The position numbers and the translations under genes were made by a program. Shown piece by piece: positions 1 to 12,805 of a DNA stretch of 64,000 nt. Position 1 is the first letter of the stretch. Each line of letters begins with the position of its first letter. The DNA is from Octopus sinensis. Lineage: Eukaryota. The notes beneath the pieces are model-generated. The model was not told the DNA's origin, ran no database searches, and worked only from the letters and a program-made list of their open reading frames with translations. Where the stretch lies: positions 35,340,001 through 35,404,000 of the forward strand of contig NC_043013.1 in NCBI RefSeq assembly GCF_006345805.1, read 5' to 3'.

Positions 1-44
1 GGAGCTGAGTCAAACTGTTCTAAATTTATTGTGTTTTGTAGGTT

Positions 45-260
45 TTCAAGCTGTATGGTGACCTCATTAGTGCCAGTGGTAGGCGAAAAAGCACTCTGTA
101 ACCACAGAAGAGTGGTTGGCATTAGGCAAAGCATCCAGATATAGAAACCATGCCTAAGGTGTTACTAGAACTCGTTGTGGTCCTTGCGGATCCATGAGAT
201 TCTGTCGCAGCAACCAACCCCTGCAATAATGTAGCATAGATCTTAAATGGTGATGACGAT
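45..260 (+). mobile_element. Degenerate RTE LINE 3' UTR fragment with (GAT)n tail
   Basis: Similar to the 3' UTR that follows the RTE RT C-terminus at 52604-53250 (tgccagtgg..aaaaagcac, ggcattagg..gcatccag, GAT-repeat tail). Confidence 0.5.
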
Positions 261-344
261 AATGATGATGGAGATGACAGTGTGAGGGGGATGAGAGAGC
301 GTTCTCAATAAGTATATTGAATGTACAGCAGAGGTATATTTTAC

Positions 345-538
345 TTATCTTTTACTTGTTTCAGTCATTTGACTATGGCCATGCTGGAGCACCACTTATT
401 TTTTTAAAAGCTGAATACTTAATGTATCAGTCACTTTTGCCAAACCACTAAGTCACAGGGATGTAAACACAACAAAACCAGATGCCAAGCAGTGGTGAGG
501 GGACAAACACAGACACAAAGACACACACACATAGATAT

Positions 539-581
<43 letters not shown>

Positions 582-768
582 AATATATATATATATATAC
601 TAATATATATATATATATATATATATGAGGCCTCTTTCAGTTTCCATCTACTAAATCTTCTCACAAGGCCTTGGTCAGCGCAAGAAGACACTTTGCCCAA
701 GGTGCCATGAAGTGGGACTGAACCCAGAACCATGTGGTTGGGAAGCAAGCTTCTTACCACACAGCCAC
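345..768 (-). mobile_element. SINE family A (tRNA-like head, CORE-like centre, internal TA/TG microsatellite)
   Basis: Reverse complement of gtggctgtgtggtaagaagcttgcttcccaaccacatggttctgggttcagtcccac...ctccagcatggccatagtcaaatgactgaaacaagtaaaag; more than 10 related copies in the window. Confidence 0.85.
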
Positions 769-1270
769 AAGCTTTGGAATCTGATATTCCTCTTGACATG
801 CCAATATCACAAGAATTATTTACCATTCTCTGCATCACGTGTCAGCCTTAAACCAGCACCAAAAGTACCATGTGTATCAAGCTAAACAGAATCAGAAAAA
901 TATTGGAAATATTTGAAATTTACCATTCTTGTTTCTTTCCAATGCTCTTTTATGAAATAATTCTATTTATCTTTTAATATGCTGTCTCCAAATGAGGAAT
1001 CTTATTTAGTGTTTTTGCCTGCAGGTCAAAGAGAGTATGTGTGTGTATGTGCGTGAGAGAGAGTGCACATATTCTATACAATTGGACAATTGATAATTCT
1101 ATTTACTTAAACACACATTCACACACAAACATGTATATGTATATCTATACATATATTTATATGTATGCATGTGTGTGTATATATATATATATGTATGTAT
1201 ATACATATGTGTGTATACATATGCATATATATCCATATGTGTATATATGTATATATATGTATATGTGTGT

Positions 1271-1422
1271 GTAGCTTGCTTACTAACCACATGGTTCCGG
1301 GTTCAGTCCCCACTGCATGGCACCTTGGGCAAGTGTCTTCTACTATAGCCTCGGACCGACCAAAGCCTTGTGAGTGGATTTCGTAGATGGAAACTGAAAG
1401 AAGCCCGTCGTATATATGTATA

Positions 1423-1493
<71 letters not shown>

Positions 1494-1756
1494 CATATAT
1501 ATATATGCATATATATATATACATACATGTATGTGTATGTGTGTATAAGTTTGTCTGTCTGTGTTTGTCCCCCCAAAATGACTTTCCAACTGATGCTGGT
1601 GTGTTTACGTCCCCTTCACTTAGCGGTTCAGCAAAAGAGCCCAATAGAATAAGTACTAGGCTTACAAAGAATAAGTCCTGGGGTCGATTTGCTCGACTAA
1701 AAGGCGGTGCTCCAGCATGGCCGCAGTCAAATGACTGAAACAAATAAAAGAATAAA
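1271..1756 (+). mobile_element. SINE family A
   Basis: Well-preserved copy: ggttccgggttcagtcccactgcatggcaccttgggcaagtgtc...(TA)n...gactaaaaggcggtgctccagcatggccgcagtcaaatgactgaaac. Confidence 0.9.
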
Positions 1757-2174
1757 ACAACATGCATACATACATGCACACATATATACACATATATATA
1801 TACTTGTATTTAGAAAAATACAGAGACATAGTCAGATAGAGAAGAACATGAAGAGGAGTTACACAAGAGCTATTGATAATATTGTATACTATGGATATTA
1901 AGCATTATAATCATTAATAATCTCATGGTTTCATAAAATAAACGGCTTGAATTTTAATGACTATATACTAGTCTATAAATACTACCCAAAATCTGAAACA
2001 GACAGTGTCATAGAGTCACACACACACACCACAAATTCAAACATACACCACATAAAAAAAATTGTTTTAAATTTTATTTTTAAAAAATGCTCAACATTAA
2101 AAGAAATATAGCTATTGTTATATTAACTGTTGTTTGACACAAGTTTTCTTTCACCCTATTTTACGAGTTTTATT

Positions 2175-2215
<41 letters not shown>

Positions 2216-2241
2216 TATCATCATTATCATCATCAACATCG

Positions 2242-2297
<56 letters not shown>

Positions 2298-3052
2298 TTC
2301 GTAGTCTTTGAGTATTTTGATTATGTCCATATTGAACAGCAATATTTGGCTTGTTTCAAATTTAGAATTCAAACCTGCAGGACCTAATTTTAAAAGCATT
2401 CTATTTTCTTTGGTTTTATTTAAATCTGTCTGAAAAATTCTTCCTATTTTCATTTTGAAACATATTTAATCAAAAGAATAAAGAAGAAGAAAGGAAAAGG
2501 ACAAAACAAGACAAACAATGAGAGGAAAGTATTAAAAAGATGAAATAAATTAGTTGATTAAGTCACTGCTTTTTATCCTTAATATTTTATATTGTCTAGC
2601 TTTTCATTATATTTTTTTCTCAGAGGTTTTTATATAGATTTCAGATTTCATGTATTTCTTTAATTAGATTTTATATATTTCTTTAATTCTTATAATATGT
2701 ATAATTATATTTTATGAATGCACTTTTATAAGAAAAGAGGAAGCAGATGAGAGGGCAAAGGGTAAAGAATGTGAAATGCCAATATATATATACATATATA
2801 TACATATACTTGTGTCTTTGCGTGATGTGTGTAAAGTATATATAAACATACATCCATGATTACATGTATACAATGTATGTACATATATACACACACACAA
2901 ATATACACACACACTTACACACATAACTAGGACAAATGCAGGAAACAAAAGTAACATTGAGATCTTTTGAATGACATTGTATGGCTTTTTCTATGTATGC
3001 ATATATATATATACATATATATACATACACATACACACACACACACATATAC

Positions 3053-3083
<31 letters not shown>

Positions 3084-3104
3084 ATATATATAATATATAT
3101 AATG

Positions 3105-3136
<32 letters not shown>

Positions 3137-3498
3137 TGTTAATATGTGTGTATATTTATGTCATTATTCAGCAAATTTGCCATTCAATTTGGGGACAGAA
3201 TTAAACTTGTACCTAACATCACTACCGCCAACACCAACACCAACACCAGCACCAAAACTGCCACCGCCGCCGCCCCCGTCACCACCACCTTCGCTACTTT
3301 CATCAGCATTTTGTTTTGTACAGCAGATTCAAAAATAATAATGATAAACATTTGTAAGGTTTTCGAACAATATGAGCAAGTATATAAATGAACGAAAAAA
3401 GATTTTCGTTAGGAGAAACAGCAATGATGACAGCACAGTGACAACTATAAGAACTACAACAACAGTAGATATAATATATATTATATACATATATATAC

Positions 3499-3565
<67 letters not shown>

Positions 3566-3828
3566 TATATAAGTTTATATGTACATACATACATGCATAC
3601 ATACATGCATATATATATATGTATATATATATAATGACACAAAAACATAATCGCCATCACAACAACTGTCACCATGGCATCAACAACTAAAACAAGAACA
3701 GAATTAAGGACGCAATGACAACAACAATTATAAATACTGCAGCAAAAATAACAGCAATTTTAACAAAAACTACAACAAAATATGGCTTCCCAGCTCCAAT
3801 GTCACACTGAAGCTACACAGATTGGCAG

Positions 3829-3872
<44 letters not shown>

Positions 3873-4390
3873 TTTATATGTATTTATTTATTTTTTATGT
3901 TTTATTTTTATTTATTTGTTTAGTTTGTTTTGTTTGTTGGGGTTTTGTTGTTGTTTTTTTTTTGTCTTCTTTTACTTCCAATTATTTCACTGTGCTAATG
4001 TCTGAAACATCAAAGGGTTTGCTTTTTAAAAACCTCGTTCGTCTCTGTGCTTCATTGCAGTGAAGTTCAATCATTCATATCTATCTTGCTATGCTTAATT
4101 GAATGCAGCTAAAATATTGCATTATCATCATATACATACATACATACATATATTTATACGTATGTAGATTATACATATACGTATATGTATGTATGTAGAA
4201 ACACACGCATAAGTATACACATAAATATATACATATATGTATATACACACATGAATAAATATATAGTTATACTTACATACAAAGATACATATATATACTT
4301 ATATAAATATATATTTATGTATATTGTTACATATGAGCAAAGTTGCACACACACCACACATATATACATATATATATATACATATATATT

Positions 4391-4443
<53 letters not shown>

Positions 4444-4455
4444 ACATATATATAC

Positions 4456-4493
<38 letters not shown>

Positions 4494-4597
4494 TATATAA
4501 AACATTGTTACACACAAAAGCATCCCCTTGTAACAATATATATATATGTATATATAAAGTGTGTGTTGTGTGTGTATGTGTGTATGTATGTATATGC

Positions 4598-4628
<31 letters not shown>

Positions 4629-5055
4629 TTATATATATATATATATGTATGTATGTATGTATGTGTGCTTATGTATGTATATAAAATTCATCCACATCTC
4701 AATGGCAGTTAAAGTTTGAAGCAGGGTTGCTCATTCTTTGTTATTGATGTTATCATTATTTTGTCTATTTTGCTAACAGCTTTGTGTGTATATATATATA
4801 TATGTGTGTACGTATGTATACATATCTGTGTGTGCATATGTGTATATGTATACACATATATATATATATATATATATCTGCCTTTTTTTCTATTCATTTG
4901 CTTGCAGATATATATGAGCTCCTAATCCTTATTGGTCTTAAGATGTGTAACACTTTGTCTGCGGGCTTGTACATGTATGTGGGAGGTTATATGAAATCAT
5001 TTTATGTACCCATCATTATTATTATTACTTACTTACTTTTATTTATTCATTATTA

Positions 5056-5099
<44 letters not shown>

Positions 5100-5460
5100 T
5101 TTATAAATTTTATTATTATTTTATTATTTTTTTGCATATTTGGGTATAGAAGTAGAAGGTTGTGGGTTGAATTTTTGTCAGTGTGAAGGAAAGAGGGGGT
5201 GAGGCGAAGTTGCTCGAGGCCCTAAACTTGAATGCATTGTTTTAATTTATAAGATTAATCCTCTGCATAATGTAGGTTAGATGTAGAGAATTGTAAGACC
5301 TCAGCCATTTTCACTGGCATTATGTTGTGAGTTAAGTAAATATAATAATAATAATAATAATAATAATAGTAATAATAATGATGATAATAATAATAATAAT
5401 AATATAATAATAATAATAATGATAAAAATAATAATAATGATAATAATAATGATAATAATG

Positions 5461-5512
<52 letters not shown>

Positions 5513-5727
5513 TAATAATAATAATAATGCTGATGACAATGAGAACGACAAGGAGGATGATTTCGTTTATTTGCCACAAGGACAAAGGATGAAGGAGACA
5601 ATACAAAGACAGACATAAAGTGTGGGGGGGTTTACATATAATGAAATGATAAAAAAAAGGAAAGGGTGAAAGTAAGTATACATGGTATACACTAATGATA
5701 ATAATGATGATGATGATGATGATGATG

Positions 5728-5763
<36 letters not shown>

Positions 5764-6619
5764 GTAAAAATAATAATAATAATGATGATGATAATAATAA
5801 TAGTAATAATAATAATAATAATAGTAATAATAATAATAGTAATAATAATAATGATAATAATGATAATAATAATGATAATAGTAATAATAATAATGATGAT
5901 AATAATAATAATAATAATAGTAATAATAATAATAATGATAATAATGATAATAATAATGATAATAATAATAATAATGATGATAATAATAATAATAATAAAT
6001 TAAAATTTCAAAAAACAAAAAACTTTCAGCAAATAATATTGAGTAGATTGCGGTTTGTGGATATGAGGGATATACTGGCATGTAGATTATGGGTCCAAAT
6101 TCATGTTGTCAGTAGTTCTTATGATGTACATGGATAGGCAAATTAATACTTTGTGTCTACCTAATGTGGAAGATAAATACTTGTCACACTTTAAAATAGA
6201 GTGATTAGATTTAGGAATGAAATCATGCCATGGAATAACTGCTCTAAATCACATGGAAAAGACTAAATTTTTCACGTTTATGCCAGCATGGAAGCATAAA
6301 TATAAAATGGGGTGGAAAGTAAACTACTTTATTATCTATACATCAAAGACTACACACGAGTGTATACGTCTATATAAATTTGTTTGTGCATGTGCATGTT
6401 TTTGTAAATGCATGCGTGGTTATAGTCAAGAATTTGATAATATTGGTATCGTTATCGTTATTGTGAATAAGAGCGGTGAGTTAGCGAAAACAATAAAACT
6501 CTAATGCCTTATTCTATTTAGTTTCAGCCCTCTAAATTGTGAATTCAAAAGCTGTTATAGTTTACTTAGTCTTTCAACTTAGTTGATAAACCAATATAGC
6601 TGAGTGAAATTACCTCGGG

Positions 6620-6880
6620 AGAGCATTCTGCATACTAAATACCAACAGAGTAGGGCATCTCATATGTAATATAGTCAGTTTAAAAACTTTGATCAACTGG
6701 GAATATCCAAGTTATTAGAGGGCAAAAATCTCGTTCAAGGGGAGTTTAAAATCTAAATGCAAGAAGCAGGGCATAAAACTCAAATAAGGACATTTGATTG
6801 AAATTTTTAGGCAATATGCACAATGTAAATCAGAATGGATTCGGTCTGCAAATCCAACTGGTAAAAGCAGTGTAATTGTT
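6620..6880 (+). pseudogene. Heavily decayed RTE-clade RT C-terminal remnant
   Basis: With frameshifts reads ..VGHLIC..GQKSRFKGSLKSKCKKQGI..KSEWIR, resembling RTE RW.GH...GQKKRFKD.LK..LK..GI...R..WR. Confidence 0.35.
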
Positions 6881-7294
6881 TCAATCTTATTTAGCCTTCT
6901 CAGCAAAAAATGCTCTACTCAACATGACTAAGAGTAATCAATAGATTTATAAATAGATAGAAGGTACACATATACATACATATATATGTATGTGTGTGTA
7001 TATATATATTTGTTTTTCTCATACACAAAAAACACACACACACATATACATGCATAAATATGTGTGTATATAAATATGTATATATATTTATATAAACAGT
7101 TATATATAAATATGTCAGTGTGTATATATTTATAGATAGATAGATATATGTAGATAGACTGACAGACAGACAGACAAAAAGTTAGATAGATAAATGGATA
7201 GATAATTATGTATATGTGTCTATACATATATATATATATATATAGAAATAAACTCTAGAAAGCATGCAAAAGTTGATATTTGATGATGATGACA

Positions 7295-7670
7295 ATGATA
7301 CCACTGCTATCTCTTTTGCACACCACATTTGATACTTCTTATGCTCAACTTTCTATCAGAGCATTTACGCCGTCATGTATGCATACTGACATTACACATC
7401 CACCGGATCATACTAGCTTCATTTCTTTCAAGCCTACACATGTCCTCAGCAATCATGGCCCATGTTTCACTGCTGTGAAGCATAGCAGTTCACAGACATT
7501 CATCATACAGTCTACCTTTCATCCTGAGCAAGAGTCACTTAGTTGCCAGCAGAGGTAGGAGCTCCTTGAACTTTGCCCAGACTATTCTTATTCTAGACGC
7601 TACATTCTCAGAGCAACCACCCCCACTACAGTCTTGGTCACCTAGGTAGTGGAAGCTATTAACTACTTTT
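7295..7670 (-). pseudogene. RTE LINE reverse transcriptase fragment
   Basis: Minus strand reads SFHYLGD...RIRIVWAKFKELLPLL...KGRLYD...MLHSSETWA...RLERNEASMIRWMCNV, with stops; classic RTE RT C-terminal region. Confidence 0.85.
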
Positions 7671-7714
7671 AGTTTTTCTTCTGGCATGTGATGTGATGGA
7701 ATCTGTTTTCTGTA

Positions 7715-8012
7715 TGTATCATCATCATCATCATCATCATCATCATCGTTTAACGTTCACTTTCCATACTGGCAAGGGTTGGACTGTTTGGCTGAGGGCT
7801 TGCAAGCCAGAAGGCTCCACCAGGCTCCAATCTGATCTGGCGAAGTTTCTACAGCTGGATGCCCTTTGTAATGCCAACCACTCTGAAAGTGTAGTGGGGC
7901 TTTTATGTGCCACCTGCACAAGGGCCAGTCAGGCAGTAATGGCATCAGCCACGCTCAAATGATGCTTTTTATGGGCCACCTGCACAGGAGCCAGTCTGGC
8001 AACGACCATGCT
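7715..8012 (-). mobile_element. RTE LINE 3' UTR fragment with (GAT)n tail
   Basis: (CAT)n-cgtttaacgttcactttccat...ctacagctggatgccc..gccaaccactc; same family as 52900-53250. Confidence 0.8.
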
Positions 8013-8049
8013 CGAATGGTATTTGTAAATATATACACATACATACATA

Positions 8050-8454
8050 GCTGCAAGCATGGCTGTGTGGTAAAAGGCTTACTTGCTAACCACAAAGTTC
8101 TGGGTTCAGCCCCACTGCATGGAAACTTGAGCACGTGTCTTCTACTATAGCCTTGGGTCAACCAAAGCTTTGCGAGTGGATTCGGTAGATGGAAACTGAA
8201 AGAATCCCGTCGTATATGTATACATATGTGTGTATGTGTGTATATATGTGTGTCTGTATTTGCCCCCCCTACGTCACTTGACAACTGATTTTGGTGCGTT
8301 TACATCCCCATAAATTAGCAGTTCGGCAGAAGAGACGCATAGAATAAGTACTGGGCTTACAAAGAATAAGTCCTGAGGTCGATCTTTTCGACTAAAGGTG
8401 GTGCTCCAGCATGGCTGCAATCAGATGACTGAAACAAGTAAAAGAATAAAAGAA
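8050..8454 (+). mobile_element. SINE family A
   Basis: Head ggctgtgtggtaa...; tail ctccagcatggctgcaatcagatgactgaaacaagtaaaagaataaaag. Confidence 0.85.
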
Positions 8455-8567
8455 TATATATATAGCATTCTTTAGAAAAACATAAATCCAGAGAAGAAGC
8501 AGGCTCTAAGAAGTATAGCACTCTATATTTATTACTGTAAACTGGCCCTTCACCAGGTTCAATAGTG

Positions 8568-8600
<33 letters not shown>

Positions 8601-9207
8601 ATGTGTTTGTGTGTGCTTATGTGTGTTTGTGTGTGGTTATATATGCATACATAATATCTGTGGCCTACATTATCTACTGTCTCCCTCCCTTATTAACTGG
8701 TAGATTACAATCTGAGGATGATTTGTCTGCTATTTCTAGCAAGTTGGGTGATAACATAGGCAGAAACTCCTTTTATTGGCTCATCCTCATTAAATGTGTT
8801 GAGGCTGATAGAGTACAAGCAGTGAAAATCCAGCCCTCTGTAAGTTCAAAGTACATATAGTTTTACTATGTCTGTCATGCTATGGTCAGTAAAGCATGAC
8901 ATTAGTTTCATATAAACTTTTTCAATTCCAATACAAAGCTCCCCTCCACGCTCTGGTGCACACAGCGTTTCATGTTCTTTTGTTTTGTTTTTGTAGCAGT
9001 TATGTTACAGTTAATCTTATACTTTAAGATTTTGTTACATTAGACTCATTTTTAATGTAGAAGTACTGTTGTATGATTCCTCTTAGCATTGGTTTTTACA
9101 TCTCTCTGTATCCTAATAGTCTGGTAGTTAGTTTTCCGATATTTTGTTTAGAAGTGTCAAACAAGTCCTGATTGACCTGGCATTTCATTAATTATAACAA
9201 TGAGTGC

Positions 9208-9894
9208 ACCAGTCGATGCAATCAAATGAATTGCCTGCTCATGAAATTGTTGTGCAAGCGGCTGAGCACCCTAGAGATACAAATACCCTTAACCCTTTAG
9301 TGTTCGCATTATTCTGCCAAAATTAATCCTTTTTTATCCACATTACCTTGAACTAATCAAGCATTATCTTGGAGTTATGAGATTTTGATGAGGTAGCTGT
9401 TAATGTTTGAAACCATATTGTAGGGCTGGTGTGAGAGACCAGATCTGGCCAGTTTGAACATAAAACAGGTAGAACACTTTTGGCCGGATACGGCCGGTTT
9501 AAATGCTAAAGGGTTAATGTAGTTCTTCAGGAGATTTAGTATGAAACACTAAATGTGGAAAAAGTAAGTCTTTCAATTACAGGCACAAGTAATTTTTGCC
9601 AACTGAGGCAGACTGGGGTAACGTGAAATAAAATGTCTTGCTCAAGGACACTCCATGCAGGTACGCTCCCAGGAACTTTCCAAAGGGTGGGCACAAGGTC
9701 ACGAGGGAATACAACTCCAGAAAAAACAGGTGTAATAACATTGTCTGGGAAGGTGCACTTTATTTCTTGAGTGAGGAACATGCCTCTCAGTCCCTGCCAT
9801 CCTTGGGTCCATCCCTGACGTACCACCAGGAATCAAACTCATGACCTTACAATTGTCAGCTTTGTACCCTAACCACAATGCCATGCATCTTCAC
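9208..9894 (-). mobile_element. SINE family C (tRNA head, Meta/V-like central domain), interrupted by two insertions
   Basis: Collinear with the uninterrupted copy at 20522-20846 (gtgcaagtggctgagcac..cccttaa|..gtagttct..aaataaagtgtcttgctcaag..ggaattgaactc..cctaacc). Confidence 0.7.
9293..9513. mobile_element. piggyBac-type MITE
   Basis: TTAA at 9289-9292 and 9514-9517; termini CCCTTTAG...CTAAAGGG; inserted at the TTAA of SINE C. Confidence 0.8.
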
Positions 9895-9996
9895 TTCCTG
9901 AATTTCAAATCTGAATCCAAATGTGGCTGACCCTGTATATTTCTGAAACTGAAGTATCCCATCCTAGTAGCTTTAAACTTTTATTTTTTACTTGTT

Positions 9997-10262
9997 GATC
10001 TTGGTCCCGGCAATTTTTTTTTTGTTCTGCCAAATGAAAAAAGTCCTCAAAGAGGAACATTTTGCCGATTTGGAAGAAGAGGAGAAAAAAGTAATAGGGA
10101 TATTAAAAGGCATCACTTTGGAAGAGTTCCAGCACTTTTTCCAACAGTGGAAAATGCATCTGGATTGATGCATTGCTTTGAAGGCGATAAAAGTGTAAAC
10201 ATGTAAAACGAAGTGAACAAAACAATATTGCAAAATTCTTGTTTCTTTTGGGTACCTCTTTG
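9997..10262 (+). pseudogene. mariner transposase C-terminus plus right TIR
   Basis: DLGPGNFF/LFCQMKKVLKEEHFADLEE...LKGITLEEFQHFFQQWKMHLD*CIA/FEGDKSVNM* matches mariner PDLAP.DF.LF..MK..L.G..F...W..R...C...G.YFE; followed by TIR-like cttttgggtacctc. Confidence 0.85.
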
Positions 10263-10287
10263 TGTGTGTGTGTTGTATATATATATA

Positions 10288-10382
10288 TAGATAGATAGAT
10301 AGATAGATAGAGATGGATGGATGGATGGATGGATGGATGGATGGATGGATGGATGGATGGATGGATAGATAGACAGACAGAC

Positions 10383-10425
<43 letters not shown>

Positions 10426-10447
10426 GATAGATAGATCGATAGATAGA
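10288..10447. repeat. Compound (ATAG)n/(ATGG)n/(ACAG)n microsatellite
   Basis: Directly visible; representative of well over 100 simple repeats (TA, CA, TAA, CAT, CTT, AGAT) in the window. Confidence 0.95.
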
Positions 10448-10522
10448 TTCCAGCGTAAAGACATAAATGTGAAACAAGGTGGAAAAAATAATTCTCAAAT
10501 ACTGGAGGTAGATCAGTATGCT

Positions 10523-10612
10523 TTATTAATAAAGCTGCAGAGACATCACAAAAACTGTTACTCAGAGTTTTATGTTCCTGTTCGTTGGACAGTTTTGGTT
10601 GACAATGGAGCA
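10523..10612 (-). mobile_element. Penelope-like terminal repeat fragment with decayed hammerhead motif
   Basis: Minus strand 10592-10555: CTGT CCAACGA ACAGGAACAT AAAA CTCTGAG TA ACAG; an inverted copy lies at 11005-11088. Confidence 0.6.
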
Positions 10613-10904
10613 AAAAAATATTTTATTTTTATTTTCATTTATATTTTTATCATTATTATTATTATTATCATTTTCATTAGCATCTTCTTTCAATTCTGTT
10701 TCCATTCCTTGCCAAGTGTCTTCCGGACACCTTGCTCTAAGAAATATTATCATCATCATCATCATCATCATCATCATTATAATACCTCTTCTTCTTCTTC
10801 CTTCTTCTTCTGTCTTCTTCTTCTTCTTCTCTTCTTCTTCTTCTTCTTCTTCTTCTATTTATATTATTATTATTATTATTATATTATTATTATTATTATT
10901 ATTA

Positions 10905-10954
<50 letters not shown>

Positions 10955-10956
10955 AT

Positions 10957-10988
<32 letters not shown>

Positions 10989-11004
10989 ATTATTTTATTT
11001 TGTA

Positions 11005-11088
11005 CTATTCTCAACCAAACTGTCCAACAATGGGAACGTGAAACTCTGAGTAATAGTTTTTCTGATGTCTTTGCAACTTTATTAAAAA
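11005..11088 (+). mobile_element. Penelope-like terminal repeat fragment with decayed hammerhead motif
   Basis: 11020-11056: CTGT CCAACAA TGGGAACGT GAAA CTCTGAG TA ATAG. Confidence 0.6.
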
Positions 11089-11338
11089 AGTAAAAATATA
11101 CATATATATATTAATTAATCAATATAGGGTAGCAAAAAAAATTTTGTAGAATTCTTTTTGCCACCAGCGGCCTAGTGGGAAAAAATTAAATAGTCATAGA
11201 CCATTTTTAAGTTCAATATCAACAATCAAGAACGGCCATGATAGGCCATTCACCCACTAGAAATAACAGCCAAAGCTTCAACCGCAAATAAAGATCAATT
11301 CTGTAACAGGAGAAAATTTAAAAAACATTTACCCTGTA

Positions 11339-11445
11339 ATTTCTTGTACGATGCACCGTTTCATCTGCTGTTTAATGGTAAACTAACCTGATTAAATTAA
11401 ATCAAGCCAATCTTCCATAGGCCCTCAGATTCTTCAGCAAGAAAT
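11339..11445 (-). ncRNA. Type I hammerhead ribozyme, copy 1
   Basis: Minus strand: ATTTCTTG-CTGAAGA-ATCTG-[58 nt]-CAGAT-GAAA-CGGTGCATCG-TA-CAAGAAAT; 8-bp stem I, 5-bp stem II base, full core, GUA triplet. Confidence 0.85.
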
Positions 11446-11826
11446 AGCCAAGTCGGAACAGATATTTTCACGAGGCATTTCCGACCCTGCCAAGGTAATA
11501 TCTGACCTAAAATTTTCAAATCGTCGCACTCGCACCAAATTTATCGGCAGCAAATAAATATAAGCCGTCGATTCCATTACGGAATTAACCAGAAAATTCA
11601 TAATTAATCAATATAGGTAGCAAAAAAAATTTTGTAGAATTCTTTTTGCCACCAGCGGCCTAGTGGGAAAAAATTAAATAGTCATAGACCATTTTTAGTT
11701 CAACATCAACAATCAAGGAACGGCCATGATAGGCCATTCACCCACTAGAAATAACAGCCAAGCTTCAACCGCAAATAAAGATCAATTCCGTAAACAGGAG
11801 AAAATTTAAAAAACATTTACCCTGTA

Positions 11827-11933
11827 ATTTCTTGTACGATGCACCGTTTCATCTGCTGTTTAATGGTAAACTAACCTGATTAAATTAAATCAAGCCAATC
11901 TTCCATAGGCCCTCAGATTCTTCAGCAAGAAAT
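11827..11933 (-). ncRNA. Type I hammerhead ribozyme, copy 2
   Basis: Identical to copy 1. Confidence 0.85.
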
Positions 11934-12317
11934 AGCCAAGTCGGAACAGATATTTTCACGAGGCATTTCCGACCCTGCCAAGGTAATATCTGACCTAAAA
12001 TTTTCAAATCGTCGCACTCGCGCCAAATTATCGGCAGCAAATAAATATAAGCCGTCGATTCCATTACGGAATTAACCAGAAAATTCATAATTAATCAATA
12101 TAGGGTAGCAAAAAAAATTTTTTTAGAGATTCTTTTTGCCACCAGCGGCCTAGTGGGAAAAAATTAAATAGTCATAGGCCATTTTTAAGTTCAACATCAA
12201 CAATCAAGGAACGGCCATGATAGGCCATTCACCCACTAGAAATACAGCCAAGCTTCAACACGCAAATAAAGATCAATTCCGTAAACAGGAGAAAATTTAA
12301 AAAACATTTACCCTGTA

Positions 12318-12423
12318 ATTTCTTGTACGATGCACCGTTTCATCTGCTGTTTAATGGTAAACTAACCTGATTAAATAAATCAAGCCAATCTTCCATAGGC
12401 CCTCAGATTCTTCAGCAAGAAAT
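12318..12423 (-). ncRNA. Type I hammerhead ribozyme, copy 3
   Basis: Core and stems intact; 1-nt indel inside the stem II insertion. Confidence 0.85.
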
Positions 12424-12805
12424 AGCCAGTCGGAACAGATATTTTCACGAGGCATTTCCGACCCTGCCAAGGTAATATCTGACCTAAAATTTTCAAATCG
12501 TCGCACTCGCGCCAAATTTATCGGCAGCAAATAATATAAGCCGTCGATTCCATTACGGAATTAACCAGAAAATTCATAATTAATCAATATAGGGTATCAA
12601 AAAAATTTTGTAGAACTCTTTTTTGCCACCAGCGGCCTAGTGGGAAAAAATTAAATAGTCATAGACCATTTTTAAGTTCAACATCAACAATCAAGGAACG
12701 GCCATGATAGGCCATTCACCCCCTAGAAATAACAGCCAAAGCTTCAACCGCAAATAAAGATCAATTCCATAACAGGAGAAAAAAATTAAAAAACATTTAC
12801 CTGTA

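Noticed and set aside
11452-11504. HDV, twister or pistol ribozyme at the pseudoknot
   Set aside because: Helix order and conserved nucleotides of those classes are absent.
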